64,000 bases of DNA from an uncultured Alphaproteobacteria bacterium (GCA_963827885.1 CAWHDD010000011.1:44184-108183); one strand, 5' to 3'; counted from the first letter of the stretch, positions 9,024 through 22,074 are shown. Notes: generated from the letters alone by a model not told the origin. Program-made: numbers and translations.

Positions 9024-12000
9024 GCAGCTTCAATCTGTCGGACTGGGCGCTGCGCCACAAGAGCTTCGTCGTCTATCTCATGCTGGTCTCGGCCATCGCC
9101 GGGCTTTATGGCCTACAACCGGCTGGGCCGCGAGGAAGACCCGCCCTTCACCATCAAGACCATGGTGGTCAAGACGCTGTGGCCCGGTGCCACCACCACC
9201 GACACGTTGAGCCAGGTCACCGATCGCATCGAGAAGAAGCTGGAGGAGGTGCCGCATCTCGATTACGTGCGCAGCTACACCAAGCCGGGCGAGTCCGTGG
9301 TGTTCGTCAATCTCAAGGACAACGTGCGCGCCGTCCGCCGTGCCGGACCTGTGGTATCAGGTGCGCAAGAAGATCGGCGACATCCGCCAGACCCTGCCGT
9401 CGGGCATCGTCGGGCCCGTTCTTCAACGACGAGTTCGGCGACACCTATTCCATCATCTACGCGCTTCACGTCCGACGGCTTCACCCATCGCGAGCTGCGC
9501 GACTATGCCGAGCAGCGTGCGCACCGAGCTGCTGCGCGTTCCCGACGTCGCCAAGGTCGATCTCATCGGCATGCAGGACGAGAAGATCTATCTGGAGTTC
9601 TCGACCCAGCAGATGGCCGCGCTCGGCATCGACGTCGACGACGCTGGTGCAGGCGCTGCAGGCGCAGAACGCCGTCGCGCCCAGCGGCACGGTGGATGCC
9701 GGACCCGAGCGGATCGCCATCCGCGTTTCGGGCAGTTTCACCTCGCGAGGAGAGCCTGAAGGCCATCAACTTCCGCTCCAACGACCGCTTCTACCGGCTG
9801 AGCGACATCGCCACAGATCAGGCGCGGCTACGTCGATCCGCCGCAGCCGATGTTCCGCTACAACGGCCAGCCGGCCATCGGGCTGGCGATCTCCATGGCC
9901 GCCGGGCGGCGACGTGCTGGCGCTGGGCAAGCACATCAAGGAGCGCGCTCGAGCGGGCTGACCGCCGATCTGCCCGATCGGCATCGACCTGCATCTGGTC
10001 GCCGACCAGCCGCACGTGGTCGAACGAAGCGGTCGGCGAGTTCACCAAGACGCTGATGGAAGCCGATCGCCATCGTGCTGGCGGTGAGCTTCCTGGCGCT
10101 CGGCTGGCGGCCGGGCATCGTGGTGGCGATCGCCATTCCGCTGGTGCTGGCGGTGACGTTCGTGGTCATGCAGCTGTTCGGCATCTCGCTGCAGCGCATC
10201 TCGCTCGGCGCGCTGATCATCGCGCTCGGCCTGCTGGTCGACGACGCCATGATCGCCGTCGAGATGATGATCACCAAGCTGGAGGAGGGCTACGACAAGG
10301 TCAAGGCCGCGACCTACGCCTACACCTCCACCGCCTTCCCGATGCTGACCGGCACGCTGGTCACGATCGCCGGCTTCGTGCCGGTCGGCTTCGCGACGAG
10401 CGGCGCCGGCGAATACTGCTTCACGCTGTTCGCCGTGGTCGGCCATCGCGCTGATCGTGTCGTGGGTCGTGGCGGTGCTGTTCACGCCGCTGACCGGCGT
10501 CTTCATCCTGCCCGACACGATGAAGGGCCACGGCGGGCACGGCGCGCTCCGCGCTTCTCGCGCTGGTTCCGCGGCATGCTGGACGGGCGCTGCGCGCGCA
10601 AATGGCTGGTGCTGGCGGCGACGGCGGCGCTGTTCGTGCTCGTCGCTCGTCGGCATGCAGCTTCGTGCAGCAGCAGTTCTTCCCGGCCTCCGACCGGCCC
10701 GAGCTGCTGGTCAATCTGACCCTGCCGCAGAACGCCTCGCTCAACGCCACGCAGGAAATCGTCGACGCGCGTCGAGAAGCTGTTCAAGGACGATCCCGAT
10801 ATCGAGTCACTGGAGCTTCTATGTCGGCCAGGGCGCCGTCCGCTTCTATCTGCCGCTCGATGCGCAGCTCGCCAACGATTTCTTCGCCCAGGCGGTCGTC
10901 GTCACCAAGGGCTTCGAGCAGCGCGCCGGCGTGCAGGCGCGGCTGGAGAAGGCGCTTCGCCGGTCCGGCTTCGACAACGTGCTGACGCGCGTTAGCGCCG
11001 CTGGAACTGGGGCCGCCGGTCGGCTGGCCGGTGAAGTTCCGCGTCAGCGGTCCCGATCGCGGTCAAGACGCGCGAACTGGCGCAGGCCTTCGCCCAGCGC
11101 CATCGGCGCAGAACCCAGCACGTCGCAACATCAACTACGACTGGAACGAGCCCGCCAAGGTCGATCAAGGTCGAGGTCGATCAGGATCGCGCCCGCGCGC
11201 TCGGCATCACGCTCGCAGCAACTGGCGAACAACATCAACGCCGTGCTCTCCGGCACCACCATCACGCAGGTGCGCGACGCGACCTACCTCGATCGACATC
11301 GTTGCGCGCGCCGTCCCCGAGGAGCGGGCCAAGCTCGAGACGCTGCGCAATCTGATGCTCGATACGTCCGGCGGGCGCAGCGTGCCGCTGGCGCAGATCG
11401 CCACGCTGTCCTACGCGCTGGAGCCGCCGCTGATCTGGCGCCGGCAGCGCCTGCCGACCGTCACGGTGCAGGCCGACGTCGCGCCCGGCATCGAGGCGAC
11501 GACCGTCGTCAAGCAGCTTGAGCCGGCGATCGCGGCTTTCCGGGCGCAAGCTGCCGGCCGGCTACGCCGTCGTCGCCGGCGGCACCATCGAGGACAGCGC
11601 CAAGGCGCAGGCCAGCATCTTCGTCGGTCTTCCCGCTCATGCTGCTGCTGATGGTCACCATTCTGATGGTGCAGCTGCATGAGCTTCCAGCGCCTGTTCC
11701 TGGTGCTGCTGACGGCGCCGCTGGCGCTGATCGGCGTGGCGGGCGCGCTGCTGATCTTCGCGCGTGCCCATGGGCTTCGTCGCCATCCTCGGCGTCATCT
11801 CGCTGATCGGCATGGTGATCCGCAATTCGGTGATCCTGATCGTGCAGATCGACCAGCACATCGCCGACGGCGAGCATCCGTGGTCGGCGGTGATCAGCGC
11901 CACCGAGCATCGCCTGCGGCCGATCCTGCTGACGGCGGCGGCCGCCATCCTCGGCATGATCCCCATCGCGCCGACGGTGTTCTGGGGACCGATGGCCTAC

Positions 12001-12114
12001 GCGGTCATGGGCGGGCTGGTCGTCGCCACGCTGCTGACGCTGGTGTTCCTGCCGGCGCTCTACGTGACGTGGTTCCGGATCAAGCCGCTGGCGCCGGAGG
12101 TTGCGCGGCCGTAA
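9020..12114 (+). pseudogene. RND (AcrB/HAE1-type) efflux permease, frame broken by many 1-nt indels
   Basis: MSSFNLSDWALRHKSFVVYLMLVSAIAG... continues through pieces in all three frames (ORFs 9108-, 9340-, 10075-10719, 10457-, 11031-, 11764-12114). Typical RND segments are present: REEDPPFTIKTMVVKTLWPG, ISLGALIIALGLLVDDAMIAVEMM, ILGVISLIGMVIRNSVILIVQID, LLTAAAAILGMIPIA. Confidence 0.85.
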
Positions 12115-12293
12115 TGCAGGTGGCGAAGGTCCTGCGGCCGGGCCTTTTTCGCCGGGGAGCAAAATCGCCCCCCTGCCCTACCGACGCTCAGTTTGTCTTT
12201 CCAGCAACATTTTGAGCCTGATTCTGCCATCCGGTCAGGAAACCGTTGCGTTTGAATTCATTTTTATGGTGAAGTGATGTAAGGGGGATTGCA

Positions 12294-12674
12294 ATGCGCG
12301 TTAGCCGCTGGGCAAGTTTTGTGGCGTTGCTGGGTGTGCTTCTGCACGCCGGGCTGATCGTTCGCCATAACAACTCCATGCTGGCGGCCGCGTTGCACCA
12401 GGAACAGGCCATTCCGTTCGGCGTAATGTGCAATGTTCCCGTTGAACAGCAGGCTGACGCCCAAACTCCGAACCAGCCCAATCCCTCGCAAAGCGTCTCC
12501 AAATGCCCGGTCTGCCTCGGGGCCGCGCCGGGTGTTGCGCTGACCAGCGCGGATACGCCCGCGCTTCATGCGCCCGCCCTGGACACGCCCCGGCTGACGA
12601 TAACCGCCAGCACCACGGTGCCGCACATCGCCGCCGTGCTCCCGCCGAGCCGTGCCCCTCCAGCAACCGCCTGA
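12294..12674 (+). CDS. DUF2946-like small membrane protein with CPVC motif
   Basis: 126-aa ORF with an N-terminal TM helix (WASFVALLGVLLHAGLIV), an internal Cys (VMCN) and a KCPVCLG motif. From memory this resembles DUF2946 proteins, which commonly sit next to TonB-dependent metal receptors. Confidence 0.5.
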   Translation: MRVSRWASFVALLGVLLHAGLIVRHNNSMLAAALHQEQAIPFGVMCNVPVEQQADAQTPNQPNPSQSVSKCPVCLGAAPGVALTSADTPALHAPALDTPRLTITASTTVPHIAAVLPPSRAPPATA

Positions 12675-12800
12675 TTGATCAGTTTCTCACTTGCCGGTCG
12701 CAGCATGCCGCCATGCCCGTTTTCCATCGGGCTGCGGTGAGCACGATCGCGCGGTAGCTGTCATCCGGCCGTTTGCCGGCCCGTTACGATCGGTCCATCC

Positions 12801-15052
12801 ATGTTTACTTCGTCCCCGTTCACACGGCGGCCGTTGACGCTAGTTCTGCGTCATCGCGCAAGCCTCATCTCCGCCAGCAGCGCCATCGCCCTCATGGTCA
12901 TGTGGAGTGCGGCGCACGCTCAATCGCAGCAGCCGCAGAACGCCGCCCCGCCCGCCGTGGACGCCCAGGCGCCGGCGCAAGTCACCATCCGCCCCATTGA
13001 TGTGAACGCCGCCAAGCCGCGCAAGGCCAAGAAGCGCACGATCACCGGCGCGCCCGCGCAAACCGCCGCCCAGACGCTGCCCGCAGTCCCCGTGCCCGTG
13101 CAGGCCAGGACGCAGCTCGGCCGCCTGACCACGGCCACGCCCGTCGCCGGCACCACCGTCGAGCGCGAGCAGCTCGAAGACGTCCGCCCCGCCGACATGC
13201 AGCGCGAGCTGCTGCCGCAGGTGCCCGGCGTCAGCATGGTGCGCAACCTGCGCATCCCCATCGGCGGCAAGGCGCTACACCAACGACCTGATGGACGGCT
13301 ATTCGATGAAGTCGGCCACGCTCGGCAACGTGGGCTTCCTCGACGAGGTCAACACCGCCGACATCGAGAGCATCGAGATCACGCGCGGCCCCGGCTCGGT
13401 GCTCTACAGCTCGAAGGCGGTCGGCGGCACCATCAACGTCATCACCCGCGACCCGCCGCGCAACGCCAGAAATGGGCGTGTGGGGCGATGCGGGCAGCTA
13501 CGGCCTGCGGCGCCTCGGCGCGCACGCGGCGGGTTCGTCGGAGAATGGCGCGCTCGGACTTTCGGTCAACGCCAATTGCACCTGCAGGACGAAGGCTGGC
13601 GCGACCGCTCCGAGCGCGAAAAGCAATCCATCAGCGGCAAGTTCGTGATGAAGCCCGACGCCGACACCAAGGTCACGTTCCGCTCCGAATATGTGGACGC
13701 GTACAGGGAATATCCCGGCGCGCTCACCGAGGCGCAGTTCGAACAAGAACTGGCGCAAGGCGCAATAGCAGAACCTTTACGAGGACCTGCACTATTAGAC
13801 CACCATGATCGACGTGAAGCGCCGCATCGGCAGCGGCGGCGAACTGACTTTGGCCTGGGTCAACCACAAGCAAGTGGGGCACTCAACGCCTGTCCGGCCG
13901 GATGCTCCAGCACGCGCGGCAGGCGACCACGCAAGTCGAGATGGATTACGACAGACGACAATCTGCGCGGCGTCTACCGGCAGGATTTCGATTTCCTGAA
14001 GTCGCGCGTCTATGCCGGCGTTGACGCCTTCCTGAGCGAGAAGAACGACGACACGTACAACCGCAAGAACTTCCACGCGGCTGGATCTCAACAAATCCTA
14101 TATCATGAACGAAACCACCATTGCGCCGTTCGCGCAGTACGAGTTCTCGCCGCTGGAGCGCCTGCGCTTCACCGCTCGGCGTGCGCGACGAAAATTACGA
14201 CGCTCGACGTGGACGACCGCATGCGCCGACCAACAAGGACGGCAGCAAGACCTATTCGACGATCTGGTGCGCAAGGGCGGCGTGACCTACGAGTACGCGA
14301 ACAATCACTACATCTGGGGCGGCATCGCGCGAAGGCTTCTACGTGCCCAGCACCGACCGATACGGTGAGCGGCACCAATGCGCACGGATCTGCCGCCGGA
14401 AACGTCGCTCACCTACAGCGCCGGTATTCGCGGCACGCTGGCCGGGCATGCGCCTCACCTACGACATCGGCTATTATCACACCACCATCAATGACATGGC
14501 GCGTTTCCATGCCGTGCCCGCAGACGGCAAAAGCACCGCAGTGTCCGGACAGCTGCGACTTCGCGCGACACCTATCCGTGGCGGCGGGCAAGGTTGGTGT
14601 TCGAGGGCATGGAGACCACGCGTTTCCTGGCGGCCGATCGATCTGTTCAAGCTCAGCGCGTCGCACACCTATGCGCTGAACACCTTCGTCGAGTATCAAG
14701 GACAGCAGCGGCGACTATGCCGGCAAGATCTACTACTACAGCCCGGATCATCATCTGAACGCGCGCGTCACGGTCTATCCCGATGAAGCGGTCTGAGCGT
14801 GGAGCTGGAGGCCGATTACATCAGCCGCTACTTCACCAACATCGCCAACACCGACACCTATCAGCGGCCCGTCGCTCTACAACATGCGCATCGGCTACAA
14901 GATGGAAGGCGGCATGGAACTGTGGGCGCATGCCTACAATCTGTTCGACGTCAAATACGCCGAGCGCGTTTCGATCAGCTCCACGGGCGCGCACCTACAG
15001 CGAGGGCTATCACCCGCTGACCGTGCGCGCCGGCATTTCCTTCAAGTGGTGA
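12801..15052 (+). pseudogene. TonB-dependent outer-membrane receptor, frame broken by many indels
   Basis: Signal peptide plus an Ala/Pro/Gln-rich linker. Plug motifs: VEREQLEDVRPADMQRELLPQVPGVSMV, IESIEITRGPGSVLYSSKAVGGTINVITRDP. Barrel pieces occur in several frames (ORFs 12801-, 13291-14679, 14343-, 14783-15052). The terminal ...LTVRAGISFKW ends in an aromatic residue, as is typical of TBDRs. Confidence 0.8.
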
Positions 15053-15059
15053 GGGCATA

Positions 15060-18000
15060 ATGAAACGCTCGATGCGAACTGCTTGCCGGCTGCGCTGTTC
15101 GCTGGTTTGCGCGGCGGGCGCGGCGATGGCCGCCGATCAAGATCGCGGTGCTGTCCACCTCCTTCGTGCTTGAACGCAAGTTCACGCTCCTGGAGGAGGC
15201 GGCCCGCGCCGCAGGGCGTCGAACTGGCCTGGGCGCATCGTGGACCGCGACGGCGAGGCGGGCGTTCGGCGCGCGCTGGACGGCGCCCGTCTGGTGATCG
15301 TCGATGCGCCGCGCACCGAGGACAAGGCGCAGATCGAGCGCTTCGCGGGCAAGCGGTTGCGCGACGGCGCCACGCCGACACTGCACATCATCGTGTTTGC
15401 GACGTCCCCGCGCAGTTCAACGCGGCGAACCTGGACGCCGCCGTCGCGCAGCGGCTGTACGAGTATTACGTCGGCGGCACGGCGGTGAACCACGAACGGC
15501 TGATGAAGTTCCTGAAGGTGTGGATGGCGGGCGGCGATACTGCCGCGGTTGAAGCCGCCGGTGACGCTGCCCAATGGCGGCATCTACCATCGCGGCACAC
15601 GACCGCATCTTCGACAACGCTGCCGGACTATCTGGCGTGGTGGGAGAGCGCGCGCCGGGCGCCGTGGCAGGGCAGGCCGGTGATCGCGATGGAGATGTCG
15701 TCGTCCTACATCTCCGACGGCCAGACGCGCAAACTCGACGAGACCATCGCCGCCATCGAGAAACACGGCGCGCGTGCCGCTGGTGTTCTACCGCAAGGCC
15801 CGCGTGTCGCGCGCGCCGTCCGAAGCGGCGGCGCCGGCCGATGCGCAAGGCCGTCCCTCTGGCAGACCGCAGGCAGCCGAAACCGGCGCACCCGCCGAGG
15901 GCAAACCGCAACCGGCTGAAGCAAACGCCGCAGCGGATACACAGACCGGCGAACGCCGCAGCGGACGCCCATCCGGCAGACCGCAGACGGCGGAAAACGC
16001 CGCAGCAGATGCGCAACCCGGCGAGCGCCGCAGTGGCCGTCCCGCCGAAGCCCGCCCCGAAAGCGGACAACCCGAGGGACGTCCGTCGGGCAGGCCGCAA
16101 ACCGCTGAAACCGGCGCTCCGCCCGCAGAGGCACGCCCCGAGGCGCCTTCCGGCAGACCGCAGACCGCAGAAAGTGCGGCGGCGGACGCGCAAACCGGCG
16201 AACGCCGCAGCGGGCGCCCGCGACGCTGCACGGAGAGCGGACGGCCCGAGGGACGCCGTCGGCAGGCCGCAAACCGCAGGAAGCGCGGCAAGCCGCCGAG
16301 AGGGCGCGTCGGAGGGTGCAAGCCCGAAGGCGCGGCGGCGCCGGGGCGGCCGTCAGGCCGTCCGCAGGCCGCCGAAGGCATGCCGTCCGGCCGTCCGCAG
16401 AGCGCCGGCGCCAGGGCGCGCGACGCCGCGTTTCCCGGACACGGTTTCCCCAACCCCAAGGACCTGCCGCCGCAGGAGCTCAACGAGCCGCTCATCATGC
16501 TCGACGGCAAGCTGCTGCCCAACGTGCTGCTGGTCAACACCTTCATCGGCGGCGGCCCGGACAAGCGCAAAGCCTGGCATCAGGCGATGGGCATTCCCGT
16601 CATCTATACGCTCAGCTACCGCCACGGCGACCGCGCCGCCTACATGAAGGACACCGCCGGCGTGAACAGCTTCATGCTGCCGTTCACGCTCACCATGTCC
16701 GAATACATCGGCATGCAAGACCCGGTGATGCTCTACACCAACGAGGGCGGCGAGTTGCGCGCCATCCCCGAGCAGACTCGACATGCTGGCGGGCAAGGCG
16801 GTGAACCTCGCGCGGCTGCAAACGGGGGCCAATGCGGACAAGCGCGTGGCGCTGCTGTTCTGGAACACGCCCGCCCGGCGAGAAAAATTTCAGCGCCTCG
16901 CATCATGAATGTGCCGCGCTCCATCGAGCAGCTGATCAAGCGGTCTGAAGGCGGAAGGCTACGCCTTCGATCAGGCCGGCGAGCAGCAGATCATCGACGC
17001 CGCCGCGCAGATGCTGCGCCCGCCTACCGCCACGAGGCGGTGTGGCGGAGCTGATGCGCACGCCGCATTGGGCTTTCGTGCCGCTGGCTGATATACCGCG
17101 CTGGTATGCGGAGCTGCCCGAAACGCGTGCGCGCCGATGTGGAGAAATACTGGGGCGCGCCGGAGAAAAGCCCGTGGATCGCGCACGCATGACGGCGTTC
17201 AGGGCTTCGTGGTGCCGCGCATGCAGCTCGGCAATCTCGTGGTCATGCCGCAGCCCGCGCGCGGCGAGATGGCGGACGACGAGGACGAGAAGAAGCTCTT
17301 CCACGACGTGAAGGTGCCGCTCTCGCACAGCTACATGGCGGCCTATCTCTGGATACGCCAGCAGTTCGCCGCCAGCGCCATCGTGCATTTCGGCACGCAC
17401 GGCAGCCAGGAATGGACGCCGGGCAAGGAGCGCGGGCTGTGGGCGTACGACTATCCCAACATCCTCGTTGGCAACGTGCCGGTCGTCTACCCCTACATCG
17501 TGGACAACATCAGCGAGGCGATCCACGTCAAGCGGCGCGGGCGCGGCGTGATCGTCAGCCACCAGACGCCGGCTTTCGCGCCCGCGGGGCTGTCCGACGA
17601 TTTCGTGCGCATCAACGATCTGATCCGCGAATACCGCTCGGTCGACGACGGGCCGGTGAAGGCGCACAACCGCACGGCACATCATCGAGCAGGCGGTGCG
17701 GATGAACATCCACAAGGACCTGAAGCTCGATCCCGCAAGATCTGGAGCGCGATTTCGAGGCGCTGCTGCGCGAGGTGGAGAATTACCTGGAGGATCTCGG
17801 CGCGGCGCATGCAGCCGCTCGGCCTGCACACGCTCGGGCGAGGACGCGGAGCAGGCGCATCTCCGTCAGCACGGTGATGCAGATGCTCGGCCAGCCGCTT
17901 TACGAGGCGACCGGCGTGAAGAATGCCCGCGCCGCCTTCCGCGGCGATTACAAGCAGTTGCAGCAGACCGCGCCCTACCGCTTCGTGCAGGAGTGGGTGT

Positions 18001-19748
18001 TTTCAGCCCGTCCGCTGGCGGAGCAGCCGGACGAGCGCCTGCGCGCGCTGGCGGAGAAGGGGCGCAAATACGCCACGGATCTGCGCGCGGATTGGGAGAC
18101 CAAGGCCGTCAGCCTCGGCCTCGCCGCGCGCTGGGTCGATCCGTCCTACGGCGGCGATCCCGATCCGCAACCCGGACGCGCTGCCCACGGGCCGCAACAT
18201 GTACGGCTTCGACCCGTCGCGCGTGCCGACCCGCGCCGCCTACGACGCCGGGCCGCGAGGCCATCGAACAGCTCATCGCCACGCACAAGGACGCACAAGG
18301 GCAAGTTCCCGGAAAAGCTCACCTTCACGCTCTGGAGCACCGAGACCATGCGCCATCTGGGCATGCTCGAGGCGCAGATCCTGGCGGCCATGGGCGTGCG
18401 TCCGGTGTGGGACGAGGGCGGGCGCGTCACCGGCGTGGAGGTCATCCCGCAGACGGAGCTGGGGCGGCCGCGCATCGACGCCGGTGATCTCGCTCACCGG
18501 GCTCTACCGCGACCAGTTCCCCAACGTCATGGAGCGCTTGAACGAGGCCATCGTGCTGGTGGCGGCGCTGGAGGAAGCGCCGGATGTCAACCGCGTCCGC
18601 GCCAACCCGCTGCGCATACAGGCGGCGCTGGAAAGCCGCGGCGTCAAGCCGGACGTTGCACGCAATTTCGCGCTCACCCGCATTTTCGGCAACGAGAGCG
18701 GCAACTACGGCACCAACCTGCCGAAGGCCACGCTCGCCTCGGACAAGTGGGACGAGAAGGACGGCAAGCTGGCCGGGCGTCTATCTGTCGCGCATGTCCT
18801 GGGGCTACGGGCCGGATGTCAGCCAGTGGAGCCAGAAGCTGCATGACGGCGCGGGCGCGGAGGTCAACGTCTACGCCGAGCAGTTGCGCGGCACGGATGC
18901 GGCGGTGTTCTCGCGCTCGTCCAACCTGAAGGGGCTGCTCGACCGCGATCATCCGTTCGAGTATCTCGGCGGCATTTCGCTGGCCGTGCGCCATCTCGAT
19001 GGCGCCGCCCCGCAGCTCTACATCTCCAACATGCGCGACCCGGCCCGCATGCCAAGCTGGAGACGGCGGAGAAGTTCCTCGCCACCGAGCTGCGCGCCGT
19101 CTACCAGCACCCGCGCTGGATGGCGGAGATGCAGAAGGAGGGCTATGCCGGCACGCTCGCGCATGCTCAACACGGTCAACAACTTCTGGGGCTGGCAGGC
19201 GATGGACCGCAACGTGGTCCGCGACGACCAGTGGCAGGAGTTCCACGAAGTCTACGTGAAGGACCGCTACAAGCTGGGCATGCGCGAGTGGTTCGAGAAG
19301 TCGAACCCGACGGCGCTGGCGCAGATCACCGAGCGCATGCTGGAGGCCATCCGCAAGGACTACTGGAAGGCGGACGAGCAGACGCGGCGCGAGCTGGTGC
19401 AGCTCTATCAGGAGCTGGCGGCGCAGCACGACGTGCACACGGCGAACGAGACGTTCATGACGTATGTGGCCGATCAGGCGAAGGGCTTCGGCCTGGATGC
19501 GCCGGTGAAGACCGCCGCCGCCGACGCCTCCGCCGCCCGCCGCGCCGCAGCCGGAAGCCGCCCCGCCCGCGCCGTCGCAGCCGGTGAAGGGCCAGGAACT
19601 CGCCGAGGTGAAGAAGGATCAGCCGCTCGCCGGCCTGATCTGGGCCTACGCCTGGGTGCTGCTCGCCGTGGTCGCGGCCGGCATGCTCTGGCAGGCGTGG
19701 CAGTCCTGGCGCACGCGCAACCCCCATTTGAAAGCTGAGATGTCATGA
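15060..19748 (+). pseudogene. secreted, membrane-anchored CobN/Mg-chelatase-H-like protein (about 1,560 codons), frame broken by many indels
   Basis: The ATG at 15060 gives signal peptide MKRSMRTACRLRCSLVCAAGAAMAA. CobN-family blocks are spread over three frames: FWNTPPGEKN, VHFGTHGSQEWTPGKERG, VVYPYIVDNISEAIHVKRRG, NPDALPTGRNMYGFDP, LWSTETMRHLGMLEAQILAAMGVRPVWD, SLTGLYRDQFPNVMERLNEA, DHPFEYLGGISLAV, YQHPRWMAEMQKEGYAGT. In the third frame the C-terminus reads QPLAGLIWAYAWVLLAVVAAGMLWQAWQSW (TM helix) and ends at TGA 19746-19748, overlapping the next ATG. Confidence 0.85.
15850..16410 (+). repeat. imperfect in-gene tandem repeats encoding PSGRPQ(T/A)AE...AADAQxGERRSGRP units
   Basis: The core CCnTCnGGCAGrCCGCArrCnGCnGAA recurs about 7 times, near 15853, 15971, 16081, 16146, 16257, 16351 and 16382. 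The translation of ORF 15774-17054 shows the repeated PSGRPQTAE / GERRSGRP motifs. Confidence 0.8.
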
Positions 19749-20269
19749 ATACGCTTGAAGCCTTTCTGCACGAAATCACGAAGTTCTTCCTCACGCCGGT
19801 GCTGGTGGTGCTGTGCCTGATGTTCGTGCTGTCGCTGTTTTACCTCGGCACGCTGCTGTTCGAGCTGATGCTACGCGGCGTCCGGCGGGCGGGGCGTGCG
19901 CACGCTGACGCGCTATGCGCGCGACAACCCGTCCGCCAATCAGGAGGCGCTGGAGCTGCATCTCCTGAAGCTGATCGAGCCGTTGCGCATCACCAGCCGC
20001 GTTGCGCCCATGCTCGGGCTGGTGGCGACCATGATCCCCATGGGACCGGCGCTGGTCGCGGTGTCGTCGGGCGAATACGCAAGGGCATCGCCTCCAATCT
20101 GGTGGTGGCGTTCTCGGCGGTGATCGTGGCGCTGCTGGCGGCGGCGATCACCTTCACGGTGCTGTCCATCCGGCGCCGCTGGCTGCTGGAGGAGCTGAAC
20201 GAGCTGCTGAGCCGCGCCGCCGGCGCCAACGGTGCGCCGATGCATCTGACGGAGGTGGCCCATGGCTGA
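19745..20269 (+). pseudogene. MotA/TolQ/ExbB-family proton-channel protein (short form), two compensating frameshifts
   Basis: The N- and C-terminal thirds lie in the frame of ORF 19745-20269, and the middle lies in the frame of ORF 19896-20123. The middle contains the family motif APMLGLVATMIPMGPAL. The ATG overlaps the upstream stop. Confidence 0.7.
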
Positions 20270-20600
20270 GCACCGCCCGCTGAATATCCTCGAAGACGAG
20301 GACGGCGACGATCCCATCCTGTCGGTGGTGAACATCGTGGACGTGTTCCTGGTCGTCATCGCGGTGCTGCTGATCGCGGTGCTGGAGAACCCGCTCAACC
20401 CGTTCACCGCGCAGGACGCCATGGTGGTGAAGAACCCCGGCAAGGAGAACATGGAGATGCTCATCAAGGATGGGCACGAGCTGAAGCATTACAAGGCGTC
20501 CGGCAAGATCGGCGAGGGCCAGGGCGTCAAGGCCGGCGCGGCCTACCGGCTGAAGGATGGGACGATGATTTACGTGCCGGAGGGCAAGGATGCGAAATAG
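20262..20600 (+). CDS. DUF2149-like single-TM protein (ExbD-like topology)
   Basis: 112-aa intact ORF overlapping the upstream stop by 8 nt. It has an acidic N-terminus, one TM helix (ILSVVNIVDVFLVVIAVLLIAVL) and a soluble tail. From memory it resembles DUF2149, which accompanies MotA/ExbB-like and CobN-like genes. Confidence 0.6.
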   Translation: MAEHRPLNILEDEDGDDPILSVVNIVDVFLVVIAVLLIAVLENPLNPFTAQDAMVVKNPGKENMEMLIKDGHELKHYKASGKIGEGQGVKAGAAYRLKDGTMIYVPEGKDAK

Positions 20601-20917
20601 CGCGCTCGATTTCCGGTACAGCCTGCTGCCAGTGCAGTTGGGGAGATTGCCTTCAGCCCGGCGCACATTAAGCATGCTACCGTGCTCGGAGGCGTCAAGG
20701 CCAAGCCGCCTCCGGCGGTGCTGCGCAGCCTTGACCCCTCCTGCGCGCGGTAGCATTGGGCTTGTGCATGGCCGGGGCAAGGAATGGCTTTCCGGCCGAA
20801 CAAGGAATGAAACCTGGAGCGGTGAGAAGGCTGATTGGATGCAGCCCGGAGCGGCGGCACTAAAATGCACCCTGGGCGTGTGGGCGGGGGCGGAACCCGC
20901 GTCCAGGAGGCCGCGCC

Positions 20918-21644
<727 letters not shown>

Positions 21645-21648
21645 ACAC

Positions 21649-22074
21649 ATGAGCATCCGCTTCAATCAGGACGACCATAACCTGGACGAAATGCACGAGA
21701 TCAACGTCACGCCGTTCATCGACGTGATGCTGGTGCTGCTGATCATTTTCATGGTGGCGGCGCCGCTCTCCACGGTGGATGTGGCGGTGGATCTGCCGGC
21801 CGCCGCCGTCATGCCGCAACCACGGCCGCCGAAGCCGCTGTTCCTCACCGTGAAAGCCGATCTCACGCTGGCGGCCGGCGAGGAAACCGTGCCCCGCGAG
21901 GCCGTGGGGCAGGTTTTGAGCCAGGCCGCGAACGGTGACAAAGGCACGCGCATTTTCCTGCGCGCCGACAAGACCGTCCCGTATGGCGAGGTGATGAAGG
22001 TGATGAATCTGCTGCGCACGGCGGGATTCCTCAAGGTGGCGCTCGTGGCGCTGGAACAAGCCGCCGCGCCATGA
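21649..22074 (+). CDS. exbD: biopolymer transport protein ExbD
   Basis: The ATG at 21649 gives [40 protein letters not shown], the canonical ExbD/TolR N-terminus. About 141 aa. Confidence 0.9.
   Translation: MSIRFNQDDHNLDEMHEINVTPFIDVMLVLLIIFMVAAPLSTVDVAVDLPAAAVMPQPRPPKPLFLTVKADLTLAAGEETVPREAVGQVLSQAANGDKGTRIFLRADKTVPYGEVMKVMNLLRTAGFLKVALVALEQAAAP

Noticed and set aside
12115-12800. A possible cobalamin riboswitch or metal-responsive operator upstream of the DUF2946/TBDR/CobN-like genes.
   Set aside because: I could not find a B12-box-like core (…GCCACTG…) or the conserved GGTG/CCGC helices by eye, nor an Irr ICE-like or Fur-like palindrome. A covariance-model scan is needed before claiming anything.
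15417-16570. Regularly spaced repeats that might suggest a CRISPR-like or other non-coding array, and long minus-strand ORFs across them.
   Set aside because: The repeats are degenerate, contiguous and in frame with the CobN-like gene, encoding PSGRPQTAE-type units. There is no repeat-spacer architecture and there are no cas genes. The minus-strand ORFs are by-products of the repeat.
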